From contig JAFADH010000332.1 in the NCBI GenBank assembly GCA_023424995.1, positions 17,237 through 81,236 of the forward strand: 64,000 nt of DNA, in the 5' to 3' direction. The stretch's first letter is position 1. Each line of letters begins with the position of its first letter. The stretch is from Bacillota bacterium (GTDB taxonomy: Bacteria; Bacillota; Clostridia; Lachnospirales; Lachnospiraceae). Both the position numbers and the translations under genes were made by a program. The notes beneath the pieces were generated by a model. It had not been told where the DNA came from. It did no database searches and worked only from the letters and a program-made list of their open reading frames with translations. Below are positions 8,470 to 17,983 of the stretch, piece by piece.

Positions 8470-9192
8470 ATGATCCGACTTGAAAATGTTAATAAGTTCT
8501 TTGGTACCCTGCATGTCTTAAGGGACATCAACCTGCAGGTAAATGAGGGGGAGAAGCTGGTTATCATAGGCCCCAGCGGCAGCGGCAAAAGCACTTTAAT
8601 AAGATGCATTAACTATCTGGAGGAACCCACCTCGGGAAATATCTACATAGATAACCAGCAGCTGAACCGCAAGAACCGGATACAGATGGTGAAAAGCACC
8701 TCGGCCATGGTATTCCAGCAATTCAATCTGTATCCCCATATGACGGTTCTGAAGAATCTTACACTGGCTCCCATTAAGCTGCAGAGAATAGCGCCTGCAA
8801 AGGCAAAGGAGATCGCCATGGAATACCTGACCCGGGTCGGACTTGCCGACAAGGCGGATGCTTATCCGCAGAATCTCTCCGGCGGACAGCAGCAGAGGGT
8901 CGCCATCGCAAGAGCCTTGACCACAAGACAGAAGATCATACTGTTCGATGAGCCCACCAGTGCCCTGGATCCTGAGATGGTACAGGAGGTATTGGATGTT
9001 ATGATCGGATTATCCAGGGAGAATATCACCATGGTCTGTGTCACCCACGAGATGGGCTTTGCCAGGCAGGTTGCGGACAGGGTAATATTTATGGACGACG
9101 GAAGAATCATAGAGACCGGTACGCCGGAGCATTTCTTCGAGAATCCGGAGAATGAGCGGACGAAAGCATTCTTAAGCAAGATATTAAGATAG
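8470..9192 (+). CDS. polar amino-acid ABC transporter ATP-binding protein (GlnQ/HisP-like)
   Basis: ORF 8356-9192. The preferred start is ATG 8470 ([12 protein letters not shown]), 6 nt after GGAGG. It has Walker [10 protein letters not shown], signature [15 protein letters not shown] and Walker [12 protein letters not shown]. Confidence 0.85.
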   Translation: MIRLENVNKFFGTLHVLRDINLQVNEGEKLVIIGPSGSGKSTLIRCINYLEEPTSGNIYIDNQQLNRKNRIQMVKSTSAMVFQQFNLYPHMTVLKNLTLAPIKLQRIAPAKAKEIAMEYLTRVGLADKADAYPQNLSGGQQQRVAIARALTTRQKIILFDEPTSALDPEMVQEVLDVMIGLSRENITMVCVTHEMGFARQVADRVIFMDDGRIIETGTPEHFFENPENERTKAFLSKILR

Positions 9193-9244
9193 GAGATGCT
9201 GTGGCGGAACCGCCACTTAATAATAATACAAGGAGGAATGTGGA

Positions 9245-10048
9245 ATGAAACATTTATTGAAAAAAGTATCTGCCCTGGTGTTGATCACCTCTATGGTATT
9301 GACTCTGGCAGGCTGCAAGAGCTCCTCGGACGGAGTAGCGGCAGTAAAAAAAGCAGGCGTATTAAAGGTGGGAAGTAAGCAGGACGTATTGAATTTTGGA
9401 TATCTTAATCCGGAGACCGGTGAATATGAGGGTCTGGAGATTGAGATCGCATATGAGATAGCTGCGGAGATTTTTGATGTCTCCGTGGAAGAAGCCAAGG
9501 ATAAGGTGGAATTCACCGGTGTAAATGCAACTACAAGAGGGCCGCTGCTTGATAACGGAGAGATTGACGTAGTGCTTGCAACCTTCACCGTTACCGAGGA
9601 GCGTAAGGAAAGCTGGAACTTCTCCTCCGCTTATTATACGGATGCGGTAGGCTTTCTGGTATTAAAGGATTCTGGCATTCAGGTTACGGAGGACCTTGAG
9701 GGCAAGGTGATCGGCGTATCCAATGCAGCCACAACGAAGGATGCGGTTACGGAATATCTGGGCGGCAAGGGTATCAATGTTACCTTCAAGGAATTTGATA
9801 CCTATCCCAATATCAAGGTGGCATTATCCTCCGGCAATATCGACGTATTCTCCGTAGACCGCGGTATCCTGTCAAGCTATGCCGACGAGACAACCTTCAT
9901 GCTGGAGGACAGATTCAAGGAGCAGGATTACGGCGCCGCAACGAAGCTGGATAACACGGAATTAACCGAGCTGGTGGAAAAGGTCATCACAGAGATGATG
10001 GCTGACGGCAGAATGGATACTTACAAAGAGAAATATAATCTGAAATAA
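9245..10048 (+). CDS. amino-acid ABC transporter substrate-binding lipoprotein (family 3 SBP)
   Basis: MKHLLKKVSALVLITSMVLTLAGC carries a lipobox. The body is PBP-type (VGSKQDVLNFGY..., ATFTVTEERK). SD is AGGAGG. Confidence 0.8.
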   Translation: MKHLLKKVSALVLITSMVLTLAGCKSSSDGVAAVKKAGVLKVGSKQDVLNFGYLNPETGEYEGLEIEIAYEIAAEIFDVSVEEAKDKVEFTGVNATTRGPLLDNGEIDVVLATFTVTEERKESWNFSSAYYTDAVGFLVLKDSGIQVTEDLEGKVIGVSNAATTKDAVTEYLGGKGINVTFKEFDTYPNIKVALSSGNIDVFSVDRGILSSYADETTFMLEDRFKEQDYGAATKLDNTELTELVEKVITEMMADGRMDTYKEKYNLK

Positions 10049-10093
10049 TGAGGCCGGTTATACAGATGCTTACATATGTCTGACTTATTATAT

Positions 10094-10330
10094 GAGATTC
10101 CTCGCAGGATTCAAAGCCTCCTGCGAAGAATCTCCTTCATTTCGCTCACAGGTAATTGGCAGATACCGGTACTCGGCAACTCCTTATTCTTTACTTTGTA
10201 CTTGTCTGATTGTCCAACTGCAGCGTTGTCTTCAGCTGCTGCAGCCACCACTACGGCGCCCTCCTCCGCCTTGCATTTGAACAATCATACTGCGCCCAAA
10301 GTAAAGAATAAGGAGTTACCGAGTACCAGG
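10094..10330 (+). repeat. two large inverted repeats (hairpins) in the SBP-permease spacer
   Basis: Hairpin 1 pairs 10094-10109 (GAGATTCCTCGCAGGA) with 10119-10134 (TCCTGCGAAGAATCTC), 15/16 bp. Hairpin 2 pairs 10166-10198 with 10297-10330, about 31 of 33 bp (CCGGTACTCGGCAACTCCTTATTCTTTACTTTG / CAAAGTAAAGAATAAGGAGTTACCGAGTACCAGG), enclosing about 98 nt. Confidence 0.7.
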
Positions 10331-10405
10331 CTAAGTGTTGCTATGTTAAGAAATGGATATGCTTACGAGCAGGATATTAATATAAGATGAAAAGCGGTGG
10401 TGAAT

Positions 10406-11116
10406 ATGTCTAAATTATTTGATGGCAGGCGATGGATACGGTTATTGGGGGATTTCGATCAGTTTCTGGTGGGCATGAAGACCACTTTTATCGTTGCGCT
10501 TCTTGGTCTTTTGCTTGCGCTGGTCCTCGGTATCATCTTCGGCTTGCTTAACTCCGCGAAGATCAAGCCGCTGCAATGGATCGCAAGGATCTATGTGGAA
10601 TTCTTTCAGAATACACCCTTAGTAGTGCAGGTCTTCTTCTATTCCTTCGGACTTCCCATGATCGGAATCAGGATCCCGGAGCTTATGGTGGGAGTGGCAG
10701 GTGTCGGCTTGTATCACGGAGCTTATATCGCCGAGGTGATCAGAAGCGGTATCGAAGCAATTCCCAAGGGACAGGTGGAGGCTGCCGAAGCACAGGGGTT
10801 CCGGTATCTTCAGATCATGAACTATGTCGTCCTGCCCCAGACCCTGAAGATCATCCTGCCCCCGCTTACCAATCAGGCTATGAACCTGGTTAAGAATACC
10901 TCGGTGCTTGCCATGATCGCCGGTATGGACATTATGTACTTTGCCAAATCCTGGGCCGGTAATAACGGCTTCTTCTATCAGGGCTATCTTAGCGCGGGGT
11001 TATTATACTTTATCATATGCTTCCCTCTGGCCAGACTGACGGCTGTACTGGAGCAGAGAGCCAAACAGCTCCCGTCCTCAAAAAAGTCCGGTTATGACGC
11101 GGAGGTAGGGGTATGA
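10406..11116 (+). CDS. amino-acid ABC transporter permease (His/Glu/Gln/Arg/opine family)
   Basis: ORF from GTG 10397; ATG 10406 gives MSKLFDG.... It is a multi-pass membrane protein with the EAA-like loop EAAEAQGFRYLQIMNYVVLPQ. Confidence 0.8.
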   Translation: MSKLFDGRRWIRLLGDFDQFLVGMKTTFIVALLGLLLALVLGIIFGLLNSAKIKPLQWIARIYVEFFQNTPLVVQVFFYSFGLPMIGIRIPELMVGVAGVGLYHGAYIAEVIRSGIEAIPKGQVEAAEAQGFRYLQIMNYVVLPQTLKIILPPLTNQAMNLVKNTSVLAMIAGMDIMYFAKSWAGNNGFFYQGYLSAGLLYFIICFPLARLTAVLEQRAKQLPSSKKSGYDAEVGV

Positions 11117-11763
11117 GTATAATATTCAGCAAGGCAAATATAATCTTTATGTTAAACGGTCTCGGCCTTACGGTATTCATATCGGTGGTCACCATATTAT
11201 TAAGCCTTATTCTCGGCACGGTATTGGCAATTATCCGCAACTATGCCAAAGGACCCTGGCTTCCCCTAGCGAAAGCAGTAGGAGCTTATATTGAATTCTT
11301 CCGCTGCACACCGAATATACTGTGGATCTTTTTCTTCCGGTTTACCATTCCCGGGGATGTACTGGTGAAGGAGATATTTGCATTCACCCTGTTTACTTCT
11401 GCGGTTATGGCGGAAATTATCCGGGGCGGATTGAACGGAGTTCCCAAGGGGCAGTTTGAAAGCGCCCATGCCCAGGGCTTTCATTTCTCCCATATGATGA
11501 TCTACATTATCCTGCCTCAGACCTATAAGAAGATCATCCCTTCCACTCTGTCGCAGATGATTACGGTGATTAAGGATACGGCATATCTGAAGGCAGTCGA
11601 TGTCGCAGAGCTGTCCAGAAATACCGATATTGTCATGGGCAGGGCGGTGACTGCGGCGGAGATCATGTCCCTGTTCGCCTTTCTGGCAGCAGTTTACTTT
11701 ATCATATGCTTTGCATTATCCGTCTCCGTAAGAGCTTATCAGAAGAGAATAACCGTGACCTGA
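11113..11763 (+). CDS. amino-acid ABC transporter permease (second subunit)
   Basis: The start overlaps the upstream stop (ATGA). It carries the EAA-like loop ESAHAQGFHFSHMMIYIILPQ. Confidence 0.8.
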   Translation: MSIIFSKANIIFMLNGLGLTVFISVVTILLSLILGTVLAIIRNYAKGPWLPLAKAVGAYIEFFRCTPNILWIFFFRFTIPGDVLVKEIFAFTLFTSAVMAEIIRGGLNGVPKGQFESAHAQGFHFSHMMIYIILPQTYKKIIPSTLSQMITVIKDTAYLKAVDVAELSRNTDIVMGRAVTAAEIMSLFAFLAAVYFIICFALSVSVRAYQKRITVT

Positions 11764-11822
11764 CAGGGCGGCATCCTGGCTTGCGGATGTAAATAAAACA
11801 ATACCTCATATTTAATCCAATT

Positions 11823-11869
11823 ACCGTACACATAGAATGTATATTACATTTCTGGCTGTACGGTTTTTT
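11823..11869 (+). terminator. intrinsic terminator of the amino-acid ABC operon
   Basis: ACCGTACA-N26-TGTACGGT followed by TTTTT. Confidence 0.5.
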
Positions 11870-11941
11870 GATGATGCCGGTATAGAAGTGCCGCACTTTA
11901 CCTGAAGATATGATTATATACCAATAACTTGATCCTGGGAA

Positions 11942-11970
11942 TTGACGCGGCGGCCTAAGTAATCTACAAT
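11942..11970 (+). promoter_or_regulatory. SigA-type promoter of the thrE-like pair
   Basis: TTGACG (11942-11947), 17 nt, TACAAT (11965-11970). Confidence 0.45.
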
Positions 11971-12013
11971 GAATCCGTATTCTATAATTTTGAACAGGAA
12001 GCGTGAAATTAAG

Positions 12014-12787
12014 ATGAACTATAAGGTGTTATTCAAGGTGGCCATGCTGGCAGGAGAGATTATGGCGCAGAGCGGTGCGGAGACCTTCCGGGTGGAGGAT
12101 ACCATGAACCGGCTCCTTCGAATCTCCAAATTACAATCAGTAGAGGTATATGCAACGACAACGGGTATCGTTGCGTCCCTGTCGGATCCCTCCATAGAAC
12201 CCATCAGCGGTGTCATAAGACTGAGCAACCGCGCCAATAATTTAAGCCACATTCACGATGTGAATCAGATTTCAAGAAATATATGCGAGGATAAGATAAC
12301 CGCGGAAGAAGCACTGGAGCAATTGACCCGGGTCCGGAATGACAAGCCCTATTCAAAACAAGTCATTGCATTGGCGACTATCGTATCCATGGTTGGATTT
12401 GTCGGTTTATTCGGCGGGACGATGGTTGATTGTACGGTAGCGGCAGTGAACGGACTGCTGATCATTTTTATTAACAGGTTTACAGCCAATCTGGTGGAAA
12501 ATACCTTTATGTCCGATGCGGTTAAAAGCTTTTTCATTGCTTTTGCAGCCATGCTGAGCACTTTGCTGCCGTATGAAGTGAGTAAGGATCTGATTATAAT
12601 CGGTTCCATCATGCCGCTGGTTCCGGGTGTCCCCATTACCAATGCCATCCGGGATACCCTTCAAGGAGATTATATGTCCGGTACCGCAAGAGCAGTGGAG
12701 GCATTTGTGATCTCCCTTGGGATTGCCATGGGAGTTGCCGCCGGATTAGGGCTCTTTAATGTATTTGAAAGGATGGTGGGATTATGA
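12014..12787 (+). CDS. threonine/serine exporter family protein (ThrE N-terminal type, DUF1212)
   Basis: ORF 11969-12787. The preferred start is ATG 12014 (MNYKVLFKVAMLAGEIMAQSGAETFRVEDTMNRLL). The SGAETxRVED motif is typical of this family. Confidence 0.7.
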   Translation: MNYKVLFKVAMLAGEIMAQSGAETFRVEDTMNRLLRISKLQSVEVYATTTGIVASLSDPSIEPISGVIRLSNRANNLSHIHDVNQISRNICEDKITAEEALEQLTRVRNDKPYSKQVIALATIVSMVGFVGLFGGTMVDCTVAAVNGLLIIFINRFTANLVENTFMSDAVKSFFIAFAAMLSTLLPYEVSKDLIIIGSIMPLVPGVPITNAIRDTLQGDYMSGTARAVEAFVISLGIAMGVAAGLGLFNVFERMVGL

Positions 12788-13224
12788 TCATTCAAGGCAT
12801 CAGCGCATTCTTTGCAACAGCGGCCTTCGCCATATTATTCTATCTGCCTAAGAAATATCTCATCCATGCGGGTTTAACGGGAAGCCTCGGATGGATCATC
12901 TATCTTGTGGTAAATCAGGTAATGGAGGATAAGATTCCGGCTAACTTTGTTGCTACCTTATTCGTGGCACTGGTTTCCCATATCCTGGCCCGGATTTTCC
13001 GGACACCGGTCACCATGTTCCTGATACCGGGCATTATCCCGCTGGTTCCGGGAGCCGGAATGTATCAGATTGTACAGAGTATCATCGACGGTACCGTAGA
13101 ATTGACCCCCTTCTATTTCTTTCAGACGCTGCAAATGGCGGGAGCAATTGCACTGGGAATATTTATAATGGATACTTCCTTCCGGATCGTGACGAAGAAG
13201 CTGATCAGGAAGGCGCCATTTTAG
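12784..13224 (+). CDS. threonine/serine exporter family protein (small subunit, DUF3815 type)
   Basis: 146 aa with 4-5 TM helices. It is translationally coupled (ATGA overlap) to the upstream ThrE-like gene, the usual two-gene arrangement. Confidence 0.65.
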   Translation: MIIQGISAFFATAAFAILFYLPKKYLIHAGLTGSLGWIIYLVVNQVMEDKIPANFVATLFVALVSHILARIFRTPVTMFLIPGIIPLVPGAGMYQIVQSIIDGTVELTPFYFFQTLQMAGAIALGIFIMDTSFRIVTKKLIRKAPF

Positions 13225-13517
13225 ATAAAGCTCTTACAGGGCTTAACTTATAGAATGCAAACTTAAAATAAAGTTTGGGTTTAGATTTATCCAAATGCCC
13301 TTGTATTTGTATGGATAATAAATTTATACTATAGATGGGCTGGGAAATAAGAAAATTGTGGGCAGGTTAAGAAAGGCAGGCGGAAATCCGGAAGCCTGTT
13401 ATTCTTCCGGCTATCACTTGATAAATGGAATTTAACAATATATTTTAATAACCGTAGAGGAAAAATCTATGGTTATTTTAAATTAAATTATATTTTAAAA
13501 ATAAATAAATTTATATA

Positions 13518-13548
13518 TTGACACTCTCGTAGCGTGACGGTTTAGGAT
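13518..13548 (+). promoter_or_regulatory. MerR-type promoter with 19-nt spacer
   Basis: TTGACA (13518-13523), 19-nt spacer CTCTCGTAGCGTGACGGTT, TAGGAT (13543-13548). It lies directly upstream of the MerR gene. Confidence 0.5.
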
Positions 13549-13575
13549 AAACTTACAGGAGGTGAAGGGTAAGAA

Positions 13576-14415
13576 ATGAGAACAGTAAAAGAGGTTTCAG
13601 AAATTACCGGAGTAAGTATACGTACATTGCGGTATTACGATGAAATTGGTCTGTTAAAACCAACTCAACTAACAGAAGCAAGCTATCGTCTATATGATGA
13701 TAAAGCACTGGAAAAACTGCAGCAAATAATGTTCTTTAGAGAATTAGAAATACCATTACTTGATATAAAAGAGATTATGGAAAATCCTGATTATGACAAG
13801 GAGCAGATCCTATCAACCCATAAATCCCTGTTGGAAAATAAACGAAACCGTTTAAACGGGATAATTGAGTTGATAACTGATGTGATGAAAGGAGTTAATA
13901 CAATGAGTTTTGAAGCATTTAATGAGAATGATATACAAAAAATGTTAGACCATACGCTTGAAAATATGCCAAAAGAAACCCTAGCAGAACAAGTAAAAAA
14001 ATATGGCAGTGCAGAAAAGTACCGTGAATATTTAGCTAATGGTTTTAAAAATGAACAGGCAGTAGCAGATGTATTGAAATGGTACGGAGGTAAAGAAAAA
14101 GCGGTAGAAGCTGTCCTGCAATCAACACCGGATAAAGAAAAACTAACACAGCAGCAAAATGAAAACGAGGAAATTTATCAACAGCTTATACAAGCGAAAA
14201 ATACAGGAAATGTGACTTTAGAGAGAGAAGCTATTGTAAAACTCGCTGAGCTTTACAAGAATATGTTTGAACTGGACAACGCAAGAGCTATTCTTCTGGA
14301 TTTGGCTAAAGAGTATGTACAATATGATAAGTTTGCTGAAGCAACTGATAATCAATATGGAAAAGGAAGTGCTGAATATATTGCACGGGCTATTCAACGA
14401 TATTATGGAGAGTAG
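13576..14415 (+). CDS. MerR-family transcriptional regulator with TipAS-like C-terminal domain
   Basis: The N-terminus MRTVKEVSEITGVSIRTLRYYDEIGLLKP is the MerR HTH. The long helical C-terminal domain is of the TipA/Mta type. SD is GGAGGTGAAGG. Confidence 0.8.
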   Translation: MRTVKEVSEITGVSIRTLRYYDEIGLLKPTQLTEASYRLYDDKALEKLQQIMFFRELEIPLLDIKEIMENPDYDKEQILSTHKSLLENKRNRLNGIIELITDVMKGVNTMSFEAFNENDIQKMLDHTLENMPKETLAEQVKKYGSAEKYREYLANGFKNEQAVADVLKWYGGKEKAVEAVLQSTPDKEKLTQQQNENEEIYQQLIQAKNTGNVTLEREAIVKLAELYKNMFELDNARAILLDLAKEYVQYDKFAEATDNQYGKGSAEYIARAIQRYYGE

Positions 14416-14807
14416 CGTCCGGTTTGTCGGGTTATAAATTACAATTTGCCAGAATGATTGGAATTATTGGTCCGTAATTTTTATAAAATACAAAGATAGT
14501 CAAAAAGGTGTCGCAAAATAGCCTTGCTGTAAAGCAAGGTACAAAAATGAGCTTTGAGTGGTATTATAAATCCCTTTCAAAGTTCATTTTTATGGTATAA
14601 ATACTATTTTTTGCATAAATTAATATTAAGGCTTTATTTTGCAGCAGTCCCTATAAATCTGTTCAAAATTTATATGTATATTAATATCTTATAAAATCTC
14701 TCTTGACAAATCCTTGCTAAGTGTTATAGTTGATATAGAACATATAACTGTAACAAAAATTATATTATAAAGCCAACATTAATAATCATTCTATAGGAGG
14801 AGTCCAG

Positions 14808-17399
14808 ATGAATATCAATAAATTTACCCAAAATTCCGTACAGGCAGTACAAAACTGTGAGAGTCTGGCTTACGAATACGGACATCAGGAGATTGATGCG
14901 GAGCATCTGCTCCATAGTCTGTTGACACTGGAGGACAGCCTGATCCGAAAGCTTCTGGAGAAGATGGATATTAATGCAGAGGTCTTTCTTGCACAGGTGG
15001 AAGGCTTGCTTAAGAAGCGTCCCAAGGTATCCGGAGGGCAGATCTATATCAGTAATGATCTGAATAAGATATTAATCTATGCGGAGGATGAAGCGAAGCA
15101 GATGGGAGATTCCTATGTGTCTGTGGAGCATCTGTTCTTAAGTATGCTGAAGCAGCCGAATAAAGCGGTACGCGGTCTGTTCGGCGAATTCCGGATAACG
15201 AGGGAGGAGTTCTTAAAGGCGCTTCAAACCGTACGGGGCAACCAGAAGGTGGTGAGTGATAATCCGGAGGCAACCTATGATACCCTTGAGAAGTATGGCT
15301 ATGACCTGGTGGCAAGAGCAGAGGAGCAGAAGCTGGATCCGGTTATCGGACGGGAGGCCGAGATTCGGAATGTAATACGGATTCTTTCCCGCAAGACGAA
15401 GAATAATCCCGTATTAATCGGCGAGCCCGGCGTAGGCAAGACCGCCGTCGTGGAGGGTCTGGCACAGAGAATCGTCCGGGGGGATGTTCCGCAGTCCCTG
15501 CAGGACAAGAGATTATTTGCATTGGATATGGGCGCACTGGTGGCAGGTGCGAAATACCGGGGAGAATTTGAAGAGCGTCTGAAAGCAGTGCTTGAAGAAG
15601 TGAAGAAGAGCGAGGGACAGATTATCCTGTTCATCGACGAGCTGCATACCATCGTAGGTGCCGGTAAAGCGGAGGGAGCCATGGATGCAGGGAATATGCT
15701 CAAGCCCATGCTTGCCAGAGGTGAGCTGCATTGCATCGGTGCTACGACCCTGAACGAATACCGCCAGTATGTAGAGAAGGACGCTGCCCTTGAGAGGCGT
15801 TTCCAGCCGGTTATGGTGGAGGAGCCCTCGGTGGAGGATACCATATCCATTCTTCGGGGATTGAAGGAACGTTATGAAGTATTCCATGGAGTGAAGATTA
15901 CAGATAGTGCCCTTGTCAGTGCCGCAACTCTGTCCAACCGTTATATCTCTGACCGTTTTCTTCCAGACAAGGCAATTGACCTGGTGGATGAAGCCTGCGC
16001 GCTGATTAAGACAGAACTGGATTCCATGCCCACGGAGCTGGATGATCTGCAGCGGAGGATCATGCAGATGGAGATTGAAGAGGCAGCCCTTAAAAGGGAA
16101 AATGACCGTATGAGCCAGGAGCGTTTGGGTGATCTTCGGATGGAGCTGGCAGAGCTCCGGGATGCCTTTGCAGGTTCCAAGGCGCAGTGGGATAATGAGA
16201 AGGCGTCCATAGAGAAGGTGCATAAGCTGCGTGAGGCGCTGGAAGAGTTAAATAATGAAATCGAAGTAGCAGAACGCAGCTATGATCTGAATAAGGCTGC
16301 GGAATTAAAATACGGCAGGCTTCCGGGGCTTCAACAGCAATTGGCGGCAGAAGAAGAACGGCTGAAGAATGACGAGAGCATGCTGGTACATGAGAATGTC
16401 AGCGAGGAGGAGATCGCTAAGATCGTATCCCGCTGGACCGGTATCCCAATTACAAAATTGACGGAGGGCGAACGCAGCAAGACACTGCATCTGGGTGAAG
16501 AGCTTCACAAGCGTGTTGTCGGGCAGGATGAAGGTGTTGATAAGGTATCTGATGCCATACTTCGTTCCAAGGCAGGAATTAAAGATCCCTCAAAACCCAT
16601 CGGCTCCTTCCTGTTCCTTGGACCTACCGGCGTCGGCAAGACGGAACTGGCAAAGGCCCTGGCAGAGAGCTTATTCGACAATGAGCATAACATGGTCCGT
16701 ATTGATATGAGCGAATATATGGAAAAGCATTCGGTTGCCAGATTGATCGGTGCGCCTCCCGGATATGTGGGCTATGAAGAAGGCGGACAGTTGACGGAAG
16801 CCATTCGCCGTAAGCCATATGCCGTCATTCTTTTTGATGAGGTGGAAAAGGCACATCCGGATGTATTCAATGTACTTCTCCAGGTGCTGGATGACGGCCG
16901 CATTACCGACTCCCAGGGCAGGACGGTGGATTTTAAGAATACCATCATTATCTTGACCTCTAACATTGGTTCAAGGTATCTTTTGGAGGGCATCGATGAG
17001 TTCGGTGATATCAGTGAGCATGCCGAAGCACAGGTAATGAGTGAGCTGAGAGCCTCCTTCCGTCCGGAGTTCCTGAACCGCCTGGATGAGATTGTGCTGT
17101 TCAAGCCGCTGACCAGGGATAATATCAGCAAAATTATGGACCTGATGATTGAAGACCTGAACAGGAGGCTGGCGGATAAGGAGATTATGATAGCACTGAC
17201 AGAGGCGGCGAAGGAATATGTTGTGGAGCACGCATACGATCCCATCTACGGAGCAAGACCGTTAAAACGCTTCCTGCAAAAGAATGTGGAGACCTTAAGC
17301 GCCAGATTGATCCTAAGCGACCAGGTGCGTCCGGAGGACACGATTCTGATCGATAAAATTGACGGGGATCTGGCGGCAAGGGTACAAACCGGTGAATAA
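14808..17399 (+). CDS. clpB: ATP-dependent chaperone ClpB
   Basis: 863 aa. It has a Clp N domain and two AAA modules ([18 protein letters not shown]), with a long coiled-coil middle domain between them and a C-terminal D2-small domain. Confidence 0.95.
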   Translation: MNINKFTQNSVQAVQNCESLAYEYGHQEIDAEHLLHSLLTLEDSLIRKLLEKMDINAEVFLAQVEGLLKKRPKVSGGQIYISNDLNKILIYAEDEAKQMGDSYVSVEHLFLSMLKQPNKAVRGLFGEFRITREEFLKALQTVRGNQKVVSDNPEATYDTLEKYGYDLVARAEEQKLDPVIGREAEIRNVIRILSRKTKNNPVLIGEPGVGKTAVVEGLAQRIVRGDVPQSLQDKRLFALDMGALVAGAKYRGEFEERLKAVLEEVKKSEGQIILFIDELHTIVGAGKAEGAMDAGNMLKPMLARGELHCIGATTLNEYRQYVEKDAALERRFQPVMVEEPSVEDTISILRGLKERYEVFHGVKITDSALVSAATLSNRYISDRFLPDKAIDLVDEACALIKTELDSMPTELDDLQRRIMQMEIEEAALKRENDRMSQERLGDLRMELAELRDAFAGSKAQWDNEKASIEKVHKLREALEELNNEIEVAERSYDLNKAAELKYGRLPGLQQQLAAEEERLKNDESMLVHENVSEEEIAKIVSRWTGIPITKLTEGERSKTLHLGEELHKRVVGQDEGVDKVSDAILRSKAGIKDPSKPIGSFLFLGPTGVGKTELAKALAESLFDNEHNMVRIDMSEYMEKHSVARLIGAPPGYVGYEEGGQLTEAIRRKPYAVILFDEVEKAHPDVFNVLLQVLDDGRITDSQGRTVDFKNTIIILTSNIGSRYLLEGIDEFGDISEHAEAQVMSELRASFRPEFLNRLDEIVLFKPLTRDNISKIMDLMIEDLNRRLADKEIMIALTEAAKEYVVEHAYDPIYGARPLKRFLQKNVETLSARLILSDQVRPEDTILIDKIDGDLAARVQTGE

Positions 17400-17407
17400 A
17401 AACGGTA

Positions 17408-17450
17408 ATAACCAGATTGTTTGCGAAATCAAATAATCTGGTTATATTTA
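17408..17450 (+). terminator. clpB intrinsic terminator
   Basis: ATAACCAGATT (17408-17418), N16, AATCTGGTTAT (17435-17445), followed by ATTTA. Confidence 0.55.
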
Positions 17451-17458
17451 TGAATTGC

Positions 17459-17671
17459 TCATGCACCTCCGGAAACTGTTTCCTGTATTTTGAAGAGCTT
17501 CAATATTATGATATCATCTTTTTCCAATTGGTATTCCCGATTCTCTTCCTTAAGATATATAAATCCGTCTATCACACAAATAATCTCATAGGTTCTTTCA
17601 TTCCTTTGGAAATGGATCCATTTATCGTCCGTTAGAAATAGTCCAATTTTAATAATGGTACGCAAAAACAC
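17459..17671 (-). pseudogene. remnant of an AraC-family regulator (cupin sensor half only)
   Basis: The 70-aa ORF ...HFQRNERTYEIICVIDGFIYLKEENREYQLEKDDIIIL... resembles the N-terminal cupin of AraC regulators. It stops before any HTH domain, and no continuation exists downstream. Confidence 0.4.
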
Positions 17672-17916
17672 CGGCTTTATTGGGGTTTTGCGTACCGATT
17701 TATTTTCTCGGTTTGCGGAAATTTATCTTCAGGCGTAAAACGCTTGACCAACCGAAATAGAGAAAGGGGCTCTCGACATTACAATGCAGAGCGCTCTTTT
17801 TAGTGATGTATTTTAAAAAATTCGTCTAAAATATAATAGATGTAAATAATAGCCGAAATTATATTGACCTAAATGATATGAATATGGTGATAACTACAAT
17901 TCATTAAGTAACAAAA

Positions 17917-17982
17917 AGAGGGATCATTCTGAACTGACTTCTGTCAAACAGACAGGGCGGTTCAGAATGATCCCTCTTTTTT
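17917..17982. terminator. strong bidirectional terminator downstream of the oxidoreductase gene
   Basis: Perfect 18-bp arms AGAGGGATCATTCTGAAC (17917-17934) and GTTCAGAATGATCCCTCT (17960-17977). An A-run sits on one side and a T-run on the other. Confidence 0.7.
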
Positions 17983-17983
17983 C

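Noticed and set aside
10076-10390. 104-aa ORF (and the overlapping 62-aa ORF) filling the SBP-permease spacer
   Set aside because: It has no SD. The translated product is low-complexity (AALSSAAAATTTAPSSA). The ORF is simply the read-through of the two large inverted repeats. RNA or DNA structure explains the region better than coding.
14416-14807. Heat-shock operators (CIRCE TTAGCACTC-N9-GAGTGCTAA or CtsR box GGTCAAA-NAN-GGTCAAA) upstream of clpB
   Set aside because: The only weak resemblance is AGTCAAAAAGGTGTCGC at about 14497-14513. It is about 190 nt upstream of the likely promoter (TTGACA at about 14703) and mismatches the second half-site. That is not good enough to call.
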